The notes beneath the pieces were generated by a model. That model did no database searches and had not been told where the DNA came from. It saw nothing but the letters and a program-made list of their open reading frames with translations. DNA of 61,942 nt, filler included, from Candidatus Zapsychrus exili (lineage in GTDB: Bacteria; Omnitrophota; Gorgyraeia; Zapsychrales; Zapsychraceae), in the NCBI GenBank assembly GCA_030765585.1. It is 3 parts of 3 records of this genome, joined end to end, with 100 filler letters (N's around TTAATTAATTAA, not from the genome) between each part and the next. Parts side by side here need not be neighbours in the genome. Positions count along the whole stretch, not along the records: positions 1 to 27,933 come from JAVCCJ010000119.1; 2 more parts are not named here. One strand, written 5' to 3'. Shown piece by piece: positions 1 through 10,094 of the stretch. Numbering within the stretch: position 1 is the stretch's first letter; each line of letters opens with the position of its first letter. Position numbers and translations under genes: made by a program.

Positions 1-500
1 CAATTTGTATATTAATTTGCGTTATCTTTATTGTTAATAACAAAATCAACAAATCAATATACGATATAAAAGGAGAAAAAGTTGAAACAAAGAAAGCTGT
101 AGGGAGCAAAGGTAAGTTGTCTCTTAGAGCAGATGTAAAGAAAAAGTATGAGAGAAAGTGGAAAGAAACAGATTCTAAAGAACTTGAAAAGTATGGCATT
201 ACTAAAACTAATAGGGTAGTTGAACCATCGACAGCAGAGGAATGGCAAAAGTATATTGAGCACAATGTTGAGAAATTTAAGATTTTTGAAGGAGAAGAGC
301 CTAGAAAAACAATTGAACATGCACAGACAACAAAGCAAGAGTATAAGAAAAAAGTTGATAAGCTTAATGAATATGTTGATATAGTAAAAGACCGCATCAA
401 AAAGGATCCTTTCAATAAAAAGTATCAAACACAATTACAAAATTTATACAGATTAAAAGCCATTGGCAATGTTTTAGAACAGCAAGGTATTGTTAAGTAA
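1..500 (+). CDS. Hypothetical protein, 5'-partial, probably membrane-anchored
   Basis: The frame of ORF 117..500 is open back to position 3 (ICILICVIFIVNNK..., hydrophobic stretch), so the true start lies before the window; TAA at 498-500. Confidence 0.6.
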   Translation, partial: ICILICVIFIVNNKINKSIYDIKGEKVETKKAVGSKGKLSLRADVKKKYERKWKETDSKELEKYGITKTNRVVEPSTAEEWQKYIEHNVEKFKIFEGEEPRKTIEHAQTTKQEYKKKVDKLNEYVDIVKDRIKKDPFNKKYQTQLQNLYRLKAIGNVLEQQGIVK

Positions 501-597
501 GATTATTCTTATAAAAATAGAATAAACATGTGGTTATGTCTGTATTTAGCTGGTAGTGAAAAAATTATTTATGAATTACCACAGGAAGGTGGAATTC

Positions 598-606
598 TGA
601 TACAAT
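598..606 (+). promoter_or_regulatory. Candidate extended -10 promoter for the pil operon
   Basis: TG-A-TACAAT about 50 nt upstream of the pilM ATG; motif match only. Confidence 0.35.
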
Positions 607-655
607 AATACAAAAGATTTCTTTTATTTTGTTTTATTAATACTAATATATATTT

Positions 656-1708
656 ATGTATATTTTAATAGAAAAATACCTTGATACTATTAGGCGTTTT
701 ATGCCTAACAAGACAGATGCTTATTCTGTTGGCTTGGATATTGGTCCGACAGAATGTAAGCTTGTGCAAATTGTTAAAGACGGAGCCTCTTTTGAGCTTA
801 AGGATTGGGCGATTGAGCCCGTTAAAAACGGAGATATAACGTCTGCAGTTAGAGATATTTTGGGAAGCTTGAAATATCCTTATGATTCAGTTTATACCGC
901 AGTATCAGGTCGAGGGACGCTTATACGATATATATCAATGCCTCGCATGTCTTTTGAAGACTTAAGAAATTCTTTTGAAATAGAAGCAGATAAATATTTT
1001 CCATTTTCTCGTGATCAAATATATACAGATTGTTATATTTTAGATCCTCAAGGAAAAGATAAACAAATGTCTGTAATGGTTGCAGCGTCTAAGAAAGAGA
1101 TTGTAGATAAAAGAGTTAGCATATTATCAGATATAGGGGTTAAGACTGAGTTTGTTGGAATAAATCCTGTTGCTTTGGCTAATGCTGCAAGTGTTTTAGG
1201 TTCAGCTGAGAAATATAAGAATGAGTGTGTTGCGTTTTTAGATTTGGGAGAGTCTGTAAGTAATTTAACTGTATTAATTGATGGCCTACCAAAGTTTACA
1301 AGAGATATTTTTGTAGGTGGTCGTGATTTTACTAAAAGAATAAGTAATGCTTTAGAAATTAGCTTTGATGAAGCTGAGAAATTAAAGATTAATCCAAAGA
1401 AAGAACTTCAAAACATAAAAGATGCATGTGAAACATCTATTATGAATATAGTCCAAGAATTAAAACTTTCTTTTGATTATCTTGTTACTGAGAAAAATGT
1501 AGAGATATCTAAATTGATATTAACAGGAGGAGGTTCTCTAGTTGGTGGAGTTTTAGAGGCGCTTGAAAAGAGTTTGGATATGAAAGTAGAGAAGTGGGAT
1601 CCTCTTGAGAATATAAAGTTGTCAGATATTTTACCAAAAAATGAAATAACCAAAAAATCGTTTAAATTAGGAGTGGCCCTAGGATTGGCCCTTTACGAAT
1701 ATGATTGA
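656..1708 (+). CDS. pilM: Type IV pilus assembly protein PilM
   Basis: Actin-like motifs VGLDIG, FLDLG, ILTGGGS, C-terminal ALGLAL; first gene of a PilMNOPQ-ordered operon. Confidence 0.9.
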   Translation: MYILIEKYLDTIRRFMPNKTDAYSVGLDIGPTECKLVQIVKDGASFELKDWAIEPVKNGDITSAVRDILGSLKYPYDSVYTAVSGRGTLIRYISMPRMSFEDLRNSFEIEADKYFPFSRDQIYTDCYILDPQGKDKQMSVMVAASKKEIVDKRVSILSDIGVKTEFVGINPVALANAASVLGSAEKYKNECVAFLDLGESVSNLTVLIDGLPKFTRDIFVGGRDFTKRISNALEISFDEAEKLKINPKKELQNIKDACETSIMNIVQELKLSFDYLVTEKNVEISKLILTGGGSLVGGVLEALEKSLDMKVEKWDPLENIKLSDILPKNEITKKSFKLGVALGLALYEYD

Positions 1709-2294
1709 AATTAATGTTGCTCCAAATTCTTTAAGAAAAAAAAGAAGATCAAGCTTTTCCTTAGGGCTTAATATGCCTATAGAAATAGTGGTCGGCTCAG
1801 TTGCAGGTATGATAATAGCTCTTGTTGTGGCTCATTTGTTACTTGTTTTTATAAGTACAGTTCAGCTTATTAAATATAAAGGACTAGAGACCAGATGGTC
1901 AACCATGCAACCTTTAAAGAAAAGTGCTGATAGGGTTATATCTGAAATGAGATTGCTTCAAGGAAAGAATAAAGATATCCAAGGGATAATGGGTGACAAT
2001 AAAATTTTATGGTCAAAAAAGTTAAATGTTTTAAGCGACATATTACCAAAAGGTGTTTGGTTAAAGAAAATATCATTAAGCGAGAATAAGTTTTTTATAG
2101 AGGGAAGTGCTATATCAAGACAAAAAACGGAAATGGCAAATGTGCATAAATTCACATTGAATCTTAAAGGTAGTGAAAGTTTTTTAGATAATTTTGAAGA
2201 TCTTGAACTAGGCGCCATCAATAGAAAAAAGGTAGAGAAAATTGAAGTTGCAGATTTTCTTATTACGGTAAAAATAAAAGAAAATGAACAATAA
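1701..2294 (+). CDS. pilN: Type IV pilus assembly protein PilN
   Basis: N-terminal MIEINVAP (INLLP-like PilM-binding motif), one TM segment, LPKGVWL motif; overlaps pilM. Confidence 0.85.
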   Translation: MIEINVAPNSLRKKRRSSFSLGLNMPIEIVVGSVAGMIIALVVAHLLLVFISTVQLIKYKGLETRWSTMQPLKKSADRVISEMRLLQGKNKDIQGIMGDNKILWSKKLNVLSDILPKGVWLKKISLSENKFFIEGSAISRQKTEMANVHKFTLNLKGSESFLDNFEDLELGAINRKKVEKIEVADFLITVKIKENEQ

Positions 2295-2901
2295 GATAGA
2301 AGAATACTTATTAAAGTTACAAAACTTGGACGCTAAAAAGCGATATTTATTATTCGTAGGCGTTTTATTGGCTTTCTTTGTTTTAGATTTTTTAATATTA
2401 ATGAGACCGCAACTTGCATCTTTGGCAAAGATAAATAAAAAGTCAGTAAATCTCTCAGCAAAGATTTTAAAATCACAGGATAATATTGATAAACTTGGGT
2501 TTTATAATAGTCAAGTCAAGATTTTTAAAGAAAATGTTTCCGAGGAGCATTTGAGGATAAGTCCTAAAGAAGAAGTTCCTCTTGTGTTAGAAAAGATTTC
2601 TCAGATAGCTGATAAGAATAAGTTTAATGTAGATAGAATAATGCCTCTCTCTGACCAGAAAGAAGTATTGCTTGAAGGTAATGAGCAAAGGTATCTTGCT
2701 TTGCCTGTTTTTGTTAGCGGTAGAAGTAGTTATCATAATTTTGGTAGATTCATTAATGAAATTGAACGTGATAATCTTTTCTTTGGAATAGTTAGTTTGT
2801 CGATTAAACCGCTTGAAGACTCAAAAATAAACTTAGTAGATGTTATTTTTCAGACCATTGTGTTTGAAGACATCAAGGAAGAAGACAAAAATGAGAAATA
2901 A
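2284..2901 (+). CDS. pilO: Type IV pilus assembly protein PilO
   Basis: N-terminal TM, coiled coil, EVPLVLEKIS and YHNFGRFINEIE motifs; position after pilN. Confidence 0.85.
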   Translation: MNNKIEEYLLKLQNLDAKKRYLLFVGVLLAFFVLDFLILMRPQLASLAKINKKSVNLSAKILKSQDNIDKLGFYNSQVKIFKENVSEEHLRISPKEEVPLVLEKISQIADKNKFNVDRIMPLSDQKEVLLEGNEQRYLALPVFVSGRSSYHNFGRFINEIERDNLFFGIVSLSIKPLEDSKINLVDVIFQTIVFEDIKEEDKNEK

Positions 2902-3301
2902 GACCGTTATTTTAAATATGAACAGAATGCTTGTGATTTTCTTTTTTGTTGCTGCTATGTTGAATATTTTGTCTGCAACTGTGTTTGGATTAGAAGATGA
3001 CGATGTTATTGAGGAGATATTCTTTTATGATGATCATGGAAAGCGTGATCCTTTTCTAAAATTAGTTTCAGAGTCTGGAGTTATAGTTAATTATAATGAT
3101 GATTTTCTTTTAAAGGACTTAGAATTAGAAGGTGTTACATTATCTTCGTCAGGAAATAATAATTTGGCTATTATAAATGGAAAAGTAGTGAAGGTTAAAG
3201 ATATGGTCGGTAAGTTTGAAGTTTTAGAAATTGATGCAGAGTTTGTTATTTTAAAGAAAGATAATGAGACTTTCACTCTTCATTTAAAAAAGGAGGAATA
3301 A
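2891..3301 (+). CDS. PilP-like pilus assembly protein (start at ATG 2891 or later, not 2840)
   Basis: KRDPF motif and LEGV...AIING beta-domain; lies between pilO and the secretin. Confidence 0.7.
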   Translation: MRNKTVILNMNRMLVIFFFVAAMLNILSATVFGLEDDDVIEEIFFYDDHGKRDPFLKLVSESGVIVNYNDDFLLKDLELEGVTLSSSGNNNLAIINGKVVKVKDMVGKFEVLEIDAEFVILKKDNETFTLHLKKEE

Positions 3302-3302
3302 A

Positions 3303-4628
3303 ATGTTTAATAGGACGAAGATAGTATACGCCATTATATTTTTTGGACTTTTAAGTTTTTCAGTTTCTTTTGCTCAAGAAGCTGTGCCAAATGTTCCAGT
3401 TATAGAGGTAAATCAGGATGCCGAAGAAGAGGGCTATGTTAGTCTTGATTTTCGCGAGGCTGATATTAAAAATGTTTTAGAGGTGCTAGCTTTAAAGAGC
3501 GGAGTGAATATTGTAGTAAGTCCTAAAGTTACAGGAACTATTTCTGTAAAGTTAGATAATGTAGAATGGCATCAAGCCTTAGATGTTATTTTGCAAACTC
3601 ATGGTTATGCTTCTCAGAAAAGTAACAATATTATTCTTGTTACAACTGTGGATAGTTTAAAACAGATTAGAGAAGATGCAATGCTCTTAGCTGAGCAGGA
3701 GACTCTTAAGACAGAAACTTTTATTTTGAGTTTTAGCAAGGCATCAGAAATAGTTTCATCTATTGAGAAAATGAAATCAGATAGAGGTAGCGTTAATACT
3801 GATGAGAGAACAAATACAATTATAATTACTGATATATCTGAAAAGATAGATTTAATTGGAAAAGTTATAAAAAAATTAGATTCAACAACTCCTCAAGTTT
3901 TAATAGAGTCTAAAATTGTTGAGACGATATTAGGTGATAATGAAAGGCTTGGAATTAACTGGGATGTGACAGGAACTGCCTCAGGTGCTTCACGGAATAT
4001 TATTTATCCATTTCATACGAGCTCAAATAATCCTTTTGCTCCAGGAACTCTTGATGTGTCAACAGCAGGATATACGGCAGGTGTATTAAATTTTACTAAT
4101 TTTCAAGCGGTATTAGAAATGTTAAATACTCGGACAGATACAAATATTATATCTAACCCTAAAATAGTAGCATTGAATAATGTGGAAGCTAAAATCAGTG
4201 TTGGGAGAGAGATAAGAGTTGTTACTGGAAGCACAACGGATGTTAATGGGAATGTTACTGTTGAGCGAAAGCCTATTTATATTGGTATTTCTTTAAAAGT
4301 AAAAGCTCAAGTTAATAATGCTAATTTTGTAACTTTAGACGTTAATCCAGAAGTATCTGAGGCTATTATTATGGAAGTTGATGGGGAAGAACAAACTATT
4401 AAGGATACTAAAGGAGCTCAAACACAAGTTATAATAAAGAGTCAGGATACTCTTGTTATTGGAGGACTTATTAAAAGTAAAGAAGTTGATGCAAAGGATA
4501 AGGTTCCTTTGTTGGGTGATATCCCGGTTCTAGGCTTGCTTTTTAGACATAGTCGAAAAGAAATTGAAAAAACAGATTTACTGATTTTTATTACTCCTAG
4601 TATAGTTACTCCTGAGTTTGGTAAGTAA
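3303..4628 (+). CDS. pilQ: Secretin, PilQ/GspD family
   Basis: Signal peptide, VSLDFREADI N0 domain, PQVLIESKIVE, KVPLLGDIPVLGLLF...LLIFITP secretin signature. Confidence 0.9.
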   Translation: MFNRTKIVYAIIFFGLLSFSVSFAQEAVPNVPVIEVNQDAEEEGYVSLDFREADIKNVLEVLALKSGVNIVVSPKVTGTISVKLDNVEWHQALDVILQTHGYASQKSNNIILVTTVDSLKQIREDAMLLAEQETLKTETFILSFSKASEIVSSIEKMKSDRGSVNTDERTNTIIITDISEKIDLIGKVIKKLDSTTPQVLIESKIVETILGDNERLGINWDVTGTASGASRNIIYPFHTSSNNPFAPGTLDVSTAGYTAGVLNFTNFQAVLEMLNTRTDTNIISNPKIVALNNVEAKISVGREIRVVTGSTTDVNGNVTVERKPIYIGISLKVKAQVNNANFVTLDVNPEVSEAIIMEVDGEEQTIKDTKGAQTQVIIKSQDTLVIGGLIKSKEVDAKDKVPLLGDIPVLGLLFRHSRKEIEKTDLLIFITPSIVTPEFGK

Positions 4629-4760
4629 TGATTTATGGAGAAAGAATTTAATAAGAAGATTTGCAGATTCTTGTATTTTTATAGAGAGCTAAGTCTTCTT
4701 ATAAATAATTTTAAGATTTATAATTTTATATTATAGGAAAGGTTTAACAAAGGTGATATT

Positions 4761-6092
4761 TTGTCGAAAGAAATACTTATTCAAACGCAGAAAGGTGAGA
4801 GACTTGTTGCAATCGTCGAGAAAGGGCGCGTTGAAGATTTTCACATTGAAGCTGATAGGTACCAATCTCTCTTAGGAAACATCTACAAGGGAAAAGTAGA
4901 ATCAATTTTACCATCACTTAACGCTGCTTTTGTAAATATAGGTTGTGAGCGTAATGGATTTCTCTATTTAACAGATGTTGTAAATCCTTTAGTAGAGGAA
5001 GACATATCGGGCCCAAGAAAATTAATAAATAAAATTTTAGGTAAGCCTGAAGAAGAGAAGAAGAAAGAAGTAAAGAAAACGAGGCCTTCTAGATCAAGAA
5101 CAGATAAGCCATTGATATCTTTAGAATTGGGGCAAGAAATAATTGTTCAGGTTGTAAAAGATCCATTTGGAGAAAAAGGCGCAAGACTGACCACTCATGT
5201 TACTTTACCAGGTAGATTTGTTGTTTATATGCCGTTTGATAAACATTCAGGCGTCTCTAAGAAAATTGATAACAGGGTCGAGCGAGCACGTTTAAGAGAA
5301 GTTATGAAGGGTCTTAGTTTTGCAAAGACTGGAGGCTTTATTATAAGAACAGCCTCAAAGAAGCAAGGTAAGCGAGAGCTTCTAAGAGATGGAAAGTTTT
5401 TATATAATATTTGGACTAAGGTTGCAAAGAAGTCAGAACAAGAATCAGCACCATCTTTGTTGTATGAAGAGGGAGAGCTTACTTGGAAAATAGTCCGTGA
5501 TTATTTAAATGATAGGGTTGATAAGCTTATAATAGACGACGAGGGTGACTATACAAGAATTTGTAAATTTGTTCAAACTCTTATCGGTAAGCAAATGGTA
5601 AATAAGATAGAGCATTATAAGGGGCAAGAGCCGCTTTTTGATGCTAAGAATATATCAAAAGAATTAAACAAGATTTATGATAGGCATGTTTATACAAAAT
5701 CTGGTGCTTATGTTATTATTGAAGTAACAGAAGGTTTGATGGTTGTAGATGTAAATAGTGGAAAATTTAAAGCAAAGGCGTCTCCTGGCGATGCTGCTTA
5801 TATGGCAAATATGCATGTTGTCCCAGAAATTGCACGTCAACTTAGACTTCGTGATCTTGGTGGAATTATTGTTATAGATTTTATAGACATGGTAACCGAA
5901 AATCATAGAAGAAGAATTGTTGATGCTTTAAAGCGTGAACTATCAAGAGATACCGCAAAGACAGAGGTTTATAGAATATCTCCTTTAGGGTTAGTTGAAA
6001 TGACAAGGGCAAGAACAGGCAAAACTGTCGAGTCTATCTCTTTTGGAAAGTGCACATATTGTAAAGGTCGTGGAAGAGTTAGAATAGCATAA
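4761..6092 (+). CDS. Ribonuclease E/G family (RNase G-like)
   Basis: GNIYKGKV S1 domain, DVNSG, EIARQLRLRDLGGIIVIDFIDM, C-terminal CTYCKGRG Zn-link. Confidence 0.95.
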   Translation: MSKEILIQTQKGERLVAIVEKGRVEDFHIEADRYQSLLGNIYKGKVESILPSLNAAFVNIGCERNGFLYLTDVVNPLVEEDISGPRKLINKILGKPEEEKKKEVKKTRPSRSRTDKPLISLELGQEIIVQVVKDPFGEKGARLTTHVTLPGRFVVYMPFDKHSGVSKKIDNRVERARLREVMKGLSFAKTGGFIIRTASKKQGKRELLRDGKFLYNIWTKVAKKSEQESAPSLLYEEGELTWKIVRDYLNDRVDKLIIDDEGDYTRICKFVQTLIGKQMVNKIEHYKGQEPLFDAKNISKELNKIYDRHVYTKSGAYVIIEVTEGLMVVDVNSGKFKAKASPGDAAYMANMHVVPEIARQLRLRDLGGIIVIDFIDMVTENHRRRIVDALKRELSRDTAKTEVYRISPLGLVEMTRARTGKTVESISFGKCTYCKGRGRVRIA

Positions 6093-6112
6093 GAATTATT
6101 TAATATAAATGT

Positions 6113-6144
6113 AATAGGGATCAGGCTTAGGTTTGATCCCTATT
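6113..6144 (+). terminator. 14-bp stem hairpin after the RNase gene (terminator or REP-like)
   Basis: AATAGGGATCAGGC-TTAG-GTTTGATCCCTATT, with two G-U pairs. Confidence 0.55.
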
Positions 6145-6304
6145 TACAAAATATCAAATGTAGCATGAATATGGAAGCTTAAACTTTTCTCTTGCAATAT
6201 TTCTATTTATGCATAGAATGTTGACATTAGTTTGCGATTTTGTGCAATATAATAATCAATTAATAACAATAATATTTATAATCTAATATATTTGGAGGAA
6301 AAGT

Positions 6305-6616
6305 ATGTTTGCAATAGTTCAAATTGGTTCTGCTCAATTCAAAGTATCAGAAGGTGATGTTGTAGAGGTAGATCGTCTAGATGAAGAAGCTGGCAAAAAG
6401 CTAAGTTTAGATCAAGTTTTATTGATTTCAGACGACAAAGATGTTAAAGTTGGGCAACCGCATGTAGAAGGCGCGAAGATAGAAGCTCAAGTTATCAAAG
6501 AAGTAAAGGGCCCAAAGACAATAGCATTTACATATCGTAGAACAAAAAATTCTTCAGTTAAGAAGGGTCATCGCAGGAAATTAACATCGCTTAAAATAGA
6601 TAAAATTTCTTCATAA
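6305..6616 (+). CDS. rplU: 50S ribosomal protein L21
   Basis: MFAIVQIGSAQFKVSEGD...KKGHRRKLT; GGAGG SD upstream. Confidence 0.97.
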   Translation: MFAIVQIGSAQFKVSEGDVVEVDRLDEEAGKKLSLDQVLLISDDKDVKVGQPHVEGAKIEAQVIKEVKGPKTIAFTYRRTKNSSVKKGHRRKLTSLKIDKISS

Positions 6617-6635
6617 AGTCTATTCTAAATATTTG

Positions 6636-6668
6636 AGGGGACATCACGTAGAACGGGGTGTCCCCTTT
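6636..6668 (+). terminator. GC-rich hairpin between rplU and obgE
   Basis: AGGGGACATC...GGTGTCCCCT followed by a short T run. Confidence 0.5.
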
Positions 6669-6690
6669 ATAATAGGTATAAGGTAATATT

Positions 6691-7698
6691 ATGATTTTTG
6701 TAGATGAAGCCAGAATTTTTATTGAAGCCGCCTCAGGTGGTAGAGGATGCGAAAGCTTTCATGTAGATAGATCTATGCGCCATCCTAGACCTGATGGAGG
6801 AGATGGTGGTCATGGTGGAGATATAATCTTTGTCGCAAGCAGAAGTATGCATACTTTACTTGATTTTAGATACAAGCAACATTATAAATCTCAGAGTGGT
6901 GCTCATGCAAGTAGTCGTGGCAAAAGAGGTAAGAATGGAAAGAATTGTATTTTAAGAGTTCCGGTTGGAACCATTATCTCTGATCACGAAACAGGGCTTC
7001 AAATAAAAGATTTAACAGAAGACGGACAAGAAGTTGTTGTCGCAAAGGGTGGACGTGGAGGTATTGGTAATGAAGGCAAGAAAGTTATTAAGCCACCTCG
7101 TGATGGAGAAAAACTTACCATTAAGCTTGAGCTTAAGGTTATTGCAGATGTTGGTTTAGTAGGTTTTCCAAATGCAGGCAAGTCTACAATAATAACGAAA
7201 ATATCTAAAGTTAAGTCTCAAATAGCTAATTATCCTTTCACAACAAAACATCCTATTTTAGGAATTGTGTTTGATGAATTTGAAGAGTCTAGCTTTATTG
7301 TAGCTGATTTACCTGGTATAATTGAAGGAGCTCATACTGGTAAAGGTTTAGGAGATAGATTTTTAAGACACGCAGAAAGAACTAAAATATTAGTACATGT
7401 TTTAGATATGGCGGCAACTGAAGATCGTGATCCTTTAGAGGATTATGCGAAGCTAAACAATGAATTAGAAAAATATAGTGACAATTTCGCATTTAAGCAT
7501 AAAATTGTTGTAGCGAATAAAATGGATTTAGAGTATGCGGCTGAGTATTTAGAAAGATTTAAAGAAAAGTATAAAGAAGATATTATTCCAGTTTCTGCCG
7601 TAGAGGCTAGTGGGTTGGATAAATTGGTTGATGTAATAAGAAATACATTGATAAAAGATGCAGAAGAGCAAGAACAAGATGCAGGCGAAGATCAATAG
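6691..7698 (+). CDS. obgE: GTPase ObgE/CgtA
   Basis: MIFVDEARI, Gly-rich Obg fold, GFPNAGKS (G1), YPFTT (G2), DLPG (G3), NKMD (G4). Confidence 0.95.
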   Translation: MIFVDEARIFIEAASGGRGCESFHVDRSMRHPRPDGGDGGHGGDIIFVASRSMHTLLDFRYKQHYKSQSGAHASSRGKRGKNGKNCILRVPVGTIISDHETGLQIKDLTEDGQEVVVAKGGRGGIGNEGKKVIKPPRDGEKLTIKLELKVIADVGLVGFPNAGKSTIITKISKVKSQIANYPFTTKHPILGIVFDEFEESSFIVADLPGIIEGAHTGKGLGDRFLRHAERTKILVHVLDMAATEDRDPLEDYAKLNNELEKYSDNFAFKHKIVVANKMDLEYAAEYLERFKEKYKEDIIPVSAVEASGLDKLVDVIRNTLIKDAEEQEQDAGEDQ

Positions 7699-7722
7699 TT
7701 AAAAAATAAGTTTGAGGAAACT

Positions 7723-8814
7723 ATGTATAGAAAATTCCCAAGAAAAATTAAAAGAATTGTTATAAAAGTAGGCTCAAGTGTTATAGCAACCTATGCAATG
7801 AAACCTAGATCAGCACAATTAAAATCTTTGGCGGCGCAGATCTCTGTATTGCAGAGGCAGGGTATCGAGGTTGTTTTGGTAAGCTCAGGTGCAATTGTTC
7901 TTGGAATGGGAGAAATGAAGCTAAAAAAACGTCCTTCTTCACTTGCCGCATTGCAGGCATTAGCTGCTATAGGCCAGAATGTTCTAATGCGTAAATATAA
8001 CGATTTCTTTAAAGCTAAAAAAATGCGTTGTGCGCAAGTGCTTCTTACGTGGGATGATTTTGATAATCGCGAGCGTTATAATAACGCAAGAAATACATTT
8101 AAAGCGATACTAGAACAAAAGGTAGTGCCTATTGTAAATGAGAATGACACTATATCTACGGATGAAATAAAATTTGGAGATAACGATAAGTTGTCTGCTT
8201 TAGTTGCGAGTTTAATTGACGCTGATTTGTTGCTCATTTTATCTGATGTTGAAGGATTTTATGAGATAAAAACAGATGGTCGTAAAAAAGTAATTTGTGA
8301 AATTAAAGAAATTACAAAAGAAATAGAAAGAATGGCGACGCCAAGTAAGAAAAAAGAAATGTCAAAAGGTGGTATGAGTGCAAAGTTAGAAGCTATTAAA
8401 ATTGCAACGCACGCTAAAATTCCTGCTGTAATAGCACACGGCGAGATAAAAAATGTTTTGTCTCGTGTGCTTAAAGGTGAGCGTATAGGTACGTTATTTG
8501 TAGAGAAGGAAGAAAAATTGATTTCTCGTAAACATTGGATTTCTTTTGGAGCAAAACCAAAAGGAATTTTTGTTGTAGATGACGGAGCTAAAAAAGCTTT
8601 ATTAAGAGGTGGAACAAGCCTTCTTCTTGTAGGAGTTTCTGATACTCAAGGAACTTTTAAAAAAGGGGAAGTTGTAGTGGTTTCAGATAAAAATGGTCAT
8701 GAAATTGCACGTGGAATAAGTAACTATTCTACGGGCGATATTCAAAAGATAGAAGAAAAACAAGGAAAACAAGAAGCAATTCATTGTGATAATATGGTTT
8801 TATCAAAACGTTAA
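7723..8814 (+). CDS. proB: Glutamate 5-kinase with PUA domain
   Basis: VIKVGSS, VSSGA, NENDT...FGDNDKLS, GGMSAK, C-terminal PUA. Confidence 0.97.
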   Translation: MYRKFPRKIKRIVIKVGSSVIATYAMKPRSAQLKSLAAQISVLQRQGIEVVLVSSGAIVLGMGEMKLKKRPSSLAALQALAAIGQNVLMRKYNDFFKAKKMRCAQVLLTWDDFDNRERYNNARNTFKAILEQKVVPIVNENDTISTDEIKFGDNDKLSALVASLIDADLLLILSDVEGFYEIKTDGRKKVICEIKEITKEIERMATPSKKKEMSKGGMSAKLEAIKIATHAKIPAVIAHGEIKNVLSRVLKGERIGTLFVEKEEKLISRKHWISFGAKPKGIFVVDDGAKKALLRGGTSLLLVGVSDTQGTFKKGEVVVVSDKNGHEIARGISNYSTGDIQKIEEKQGKQEAIHCDNMVLSKR

Positions 8815-8831
8815 CTTAACAGGATTATGTT

Positions 8832-10094
8832 ATGAAAACAGCATTAGAAACTAAAATTATAAATATGGCCAAGAAGACGCTTTTAGCGTCAAGAGAACTC
8901 GCTCTAGTCTCAACTAGTGGTAAGAACAAAGCGTTAAAGGGCATGGCTTGTGCGCTTAAAGAAAGCTCAAGCTATCTTATTAAAGAAAATAAGAAAGACC
9001 TACAGGCTGGTAAGGAAAACAAATTGTCAGATGCTCTTTTAGATCGTCTTACTTTAAATGAAAAAAGAATAAAAGGGATGATAGGTTGTATTCTTGATAC
9101 TGCAAAACTAAAAGATCCTTTAGGAGATGTATTAGAAACATATAGGCGCCCTAATGGTCTTATAATAAAGAAAGTAAGATCTGCTATAGGTGTGGTTGGA
9201 ATTATTTATGAATCTCGTCCTAACGTAACAAGCGATTGCATAGGATTATGCATAAAGTCAGGTAATGCCGTTATTTTAAAAGGTGGCAAAGAGGCTTTTT
9301 ATTCTAATCGCGCTATATTTTCTGTTATAAAAAAGTCACTTAAAAATACTAAAATATCAGAAGACAGTATTCAGCTTATTGACTCAACTGATAGAGCTTC
9401 TGTTAATGTTCTTTTAAAGTTAGATAATTATGTAGATTTAATAGTTCCTCGTGGAGGAGAAAGTCTTATACGTTTTGTTGCAGAAAATTCCAGGATACCT
9501 GTTATTAAGCATTACAAAGGAGTATGTCATACCTATGTAAGCGATAAGGCAGACTTAAAAATGGCAGAAAGTATTTGTTTGAATGCTAAATTACAACGTC
9601 CAGGGGTGTGTAACGCGATGGAGACAATGCTTGTAAATAAAAAAGTAGCTAAGAAATTTCTATCTTCAATTATAAGTAAACTGCAAAGTGCAGGAGTTGA
9701 AGTAAGGGGATGTGTTGATACTTGTAAAATAATTAAAAGCATACGACGAGCAAAAGAGAGTGATTGGAGCAAAGAATATCTTGATCTTATTTTATCTGTT
9801 AAGATTGTAGATAGCTTAAAAGATGCGATAGATCATATTAATAAATATGGCTCGAGACATTCTGATGCTATCGTGACTAAAGATAAGTCTCAGGCTCAAA
9901 AGTTTCTAAATGGCGTTGATTCAGCCTGTCTTTATGTGAATGCTTCAACAAGATTCACTGATGGATATGAATTTGGTTTTGGGGCTGAAGTTGGGATAAG
10001 TACGGATAAATTACATGTTCGCGGCCCAATGGCTTTAGAAGGGCTAACTACGTATAAGTATGAAGTTTATGGGAAAGGTCAGATAAGAAAGTGA
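8832..10094 (+). CDS. proA: Gamma-glutamyl phosphate reductase
   Basis: IIYESRPNVT, PGVCNAMET, NASTRFTDG...EVGIST...RGPMALEGLT. Confidence 0.97.
   Translation: MKTALETKIINMAKKTLLASRELALVSTSGKNKALKGMACALKESSSYLIKENKKDLQAGKENKLSDALLDRLTLNEKRIKGMIGCILDTAKLKDPLGDVLETYRRPNGLIIKKVRSAIGVVGIIYESRPNVTSDCIGLCIKSGNAVILKGGKEAFYSNRAIFSVIKKSLKNTKISEDSIQLIDSTDRASVNVLLKLDNYVDLIVPRGGESLIRFVAENSRIPVIKHYKGVCHTYVSDKADLKMAESICLNAKLQRPGVCNAMETMLVNKKVAKKFLSSIISKLQSAGVEVRGCVDTCKIIKSIRRAKESDWSKEYLDLILSVKIVDSLKDAIDHINKYGSRHSDAIVTKDKSQAQKFLNGVDSACLYVNASTRFTDGYEFGFGAEVGISTDKLHVRGPMALEGLTTYKYEVYGKGQIRK

Noticed and set aside
656..4628. pilMNOPQ plus comEA/comEC plus ExeA as a single novel system
   Set aside because: These are well-known families lying on three separate contigs, so no physical linkage can be claimed.
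6192..6253. rplU promoter from TTGACA (6221) and TATAAT (6248)
   Set aside because: The 21-nt spacing is too long; TTGCAA-16-TAGAAT (6192-6219) is possible but too weak to call in such AT-rich DNA.
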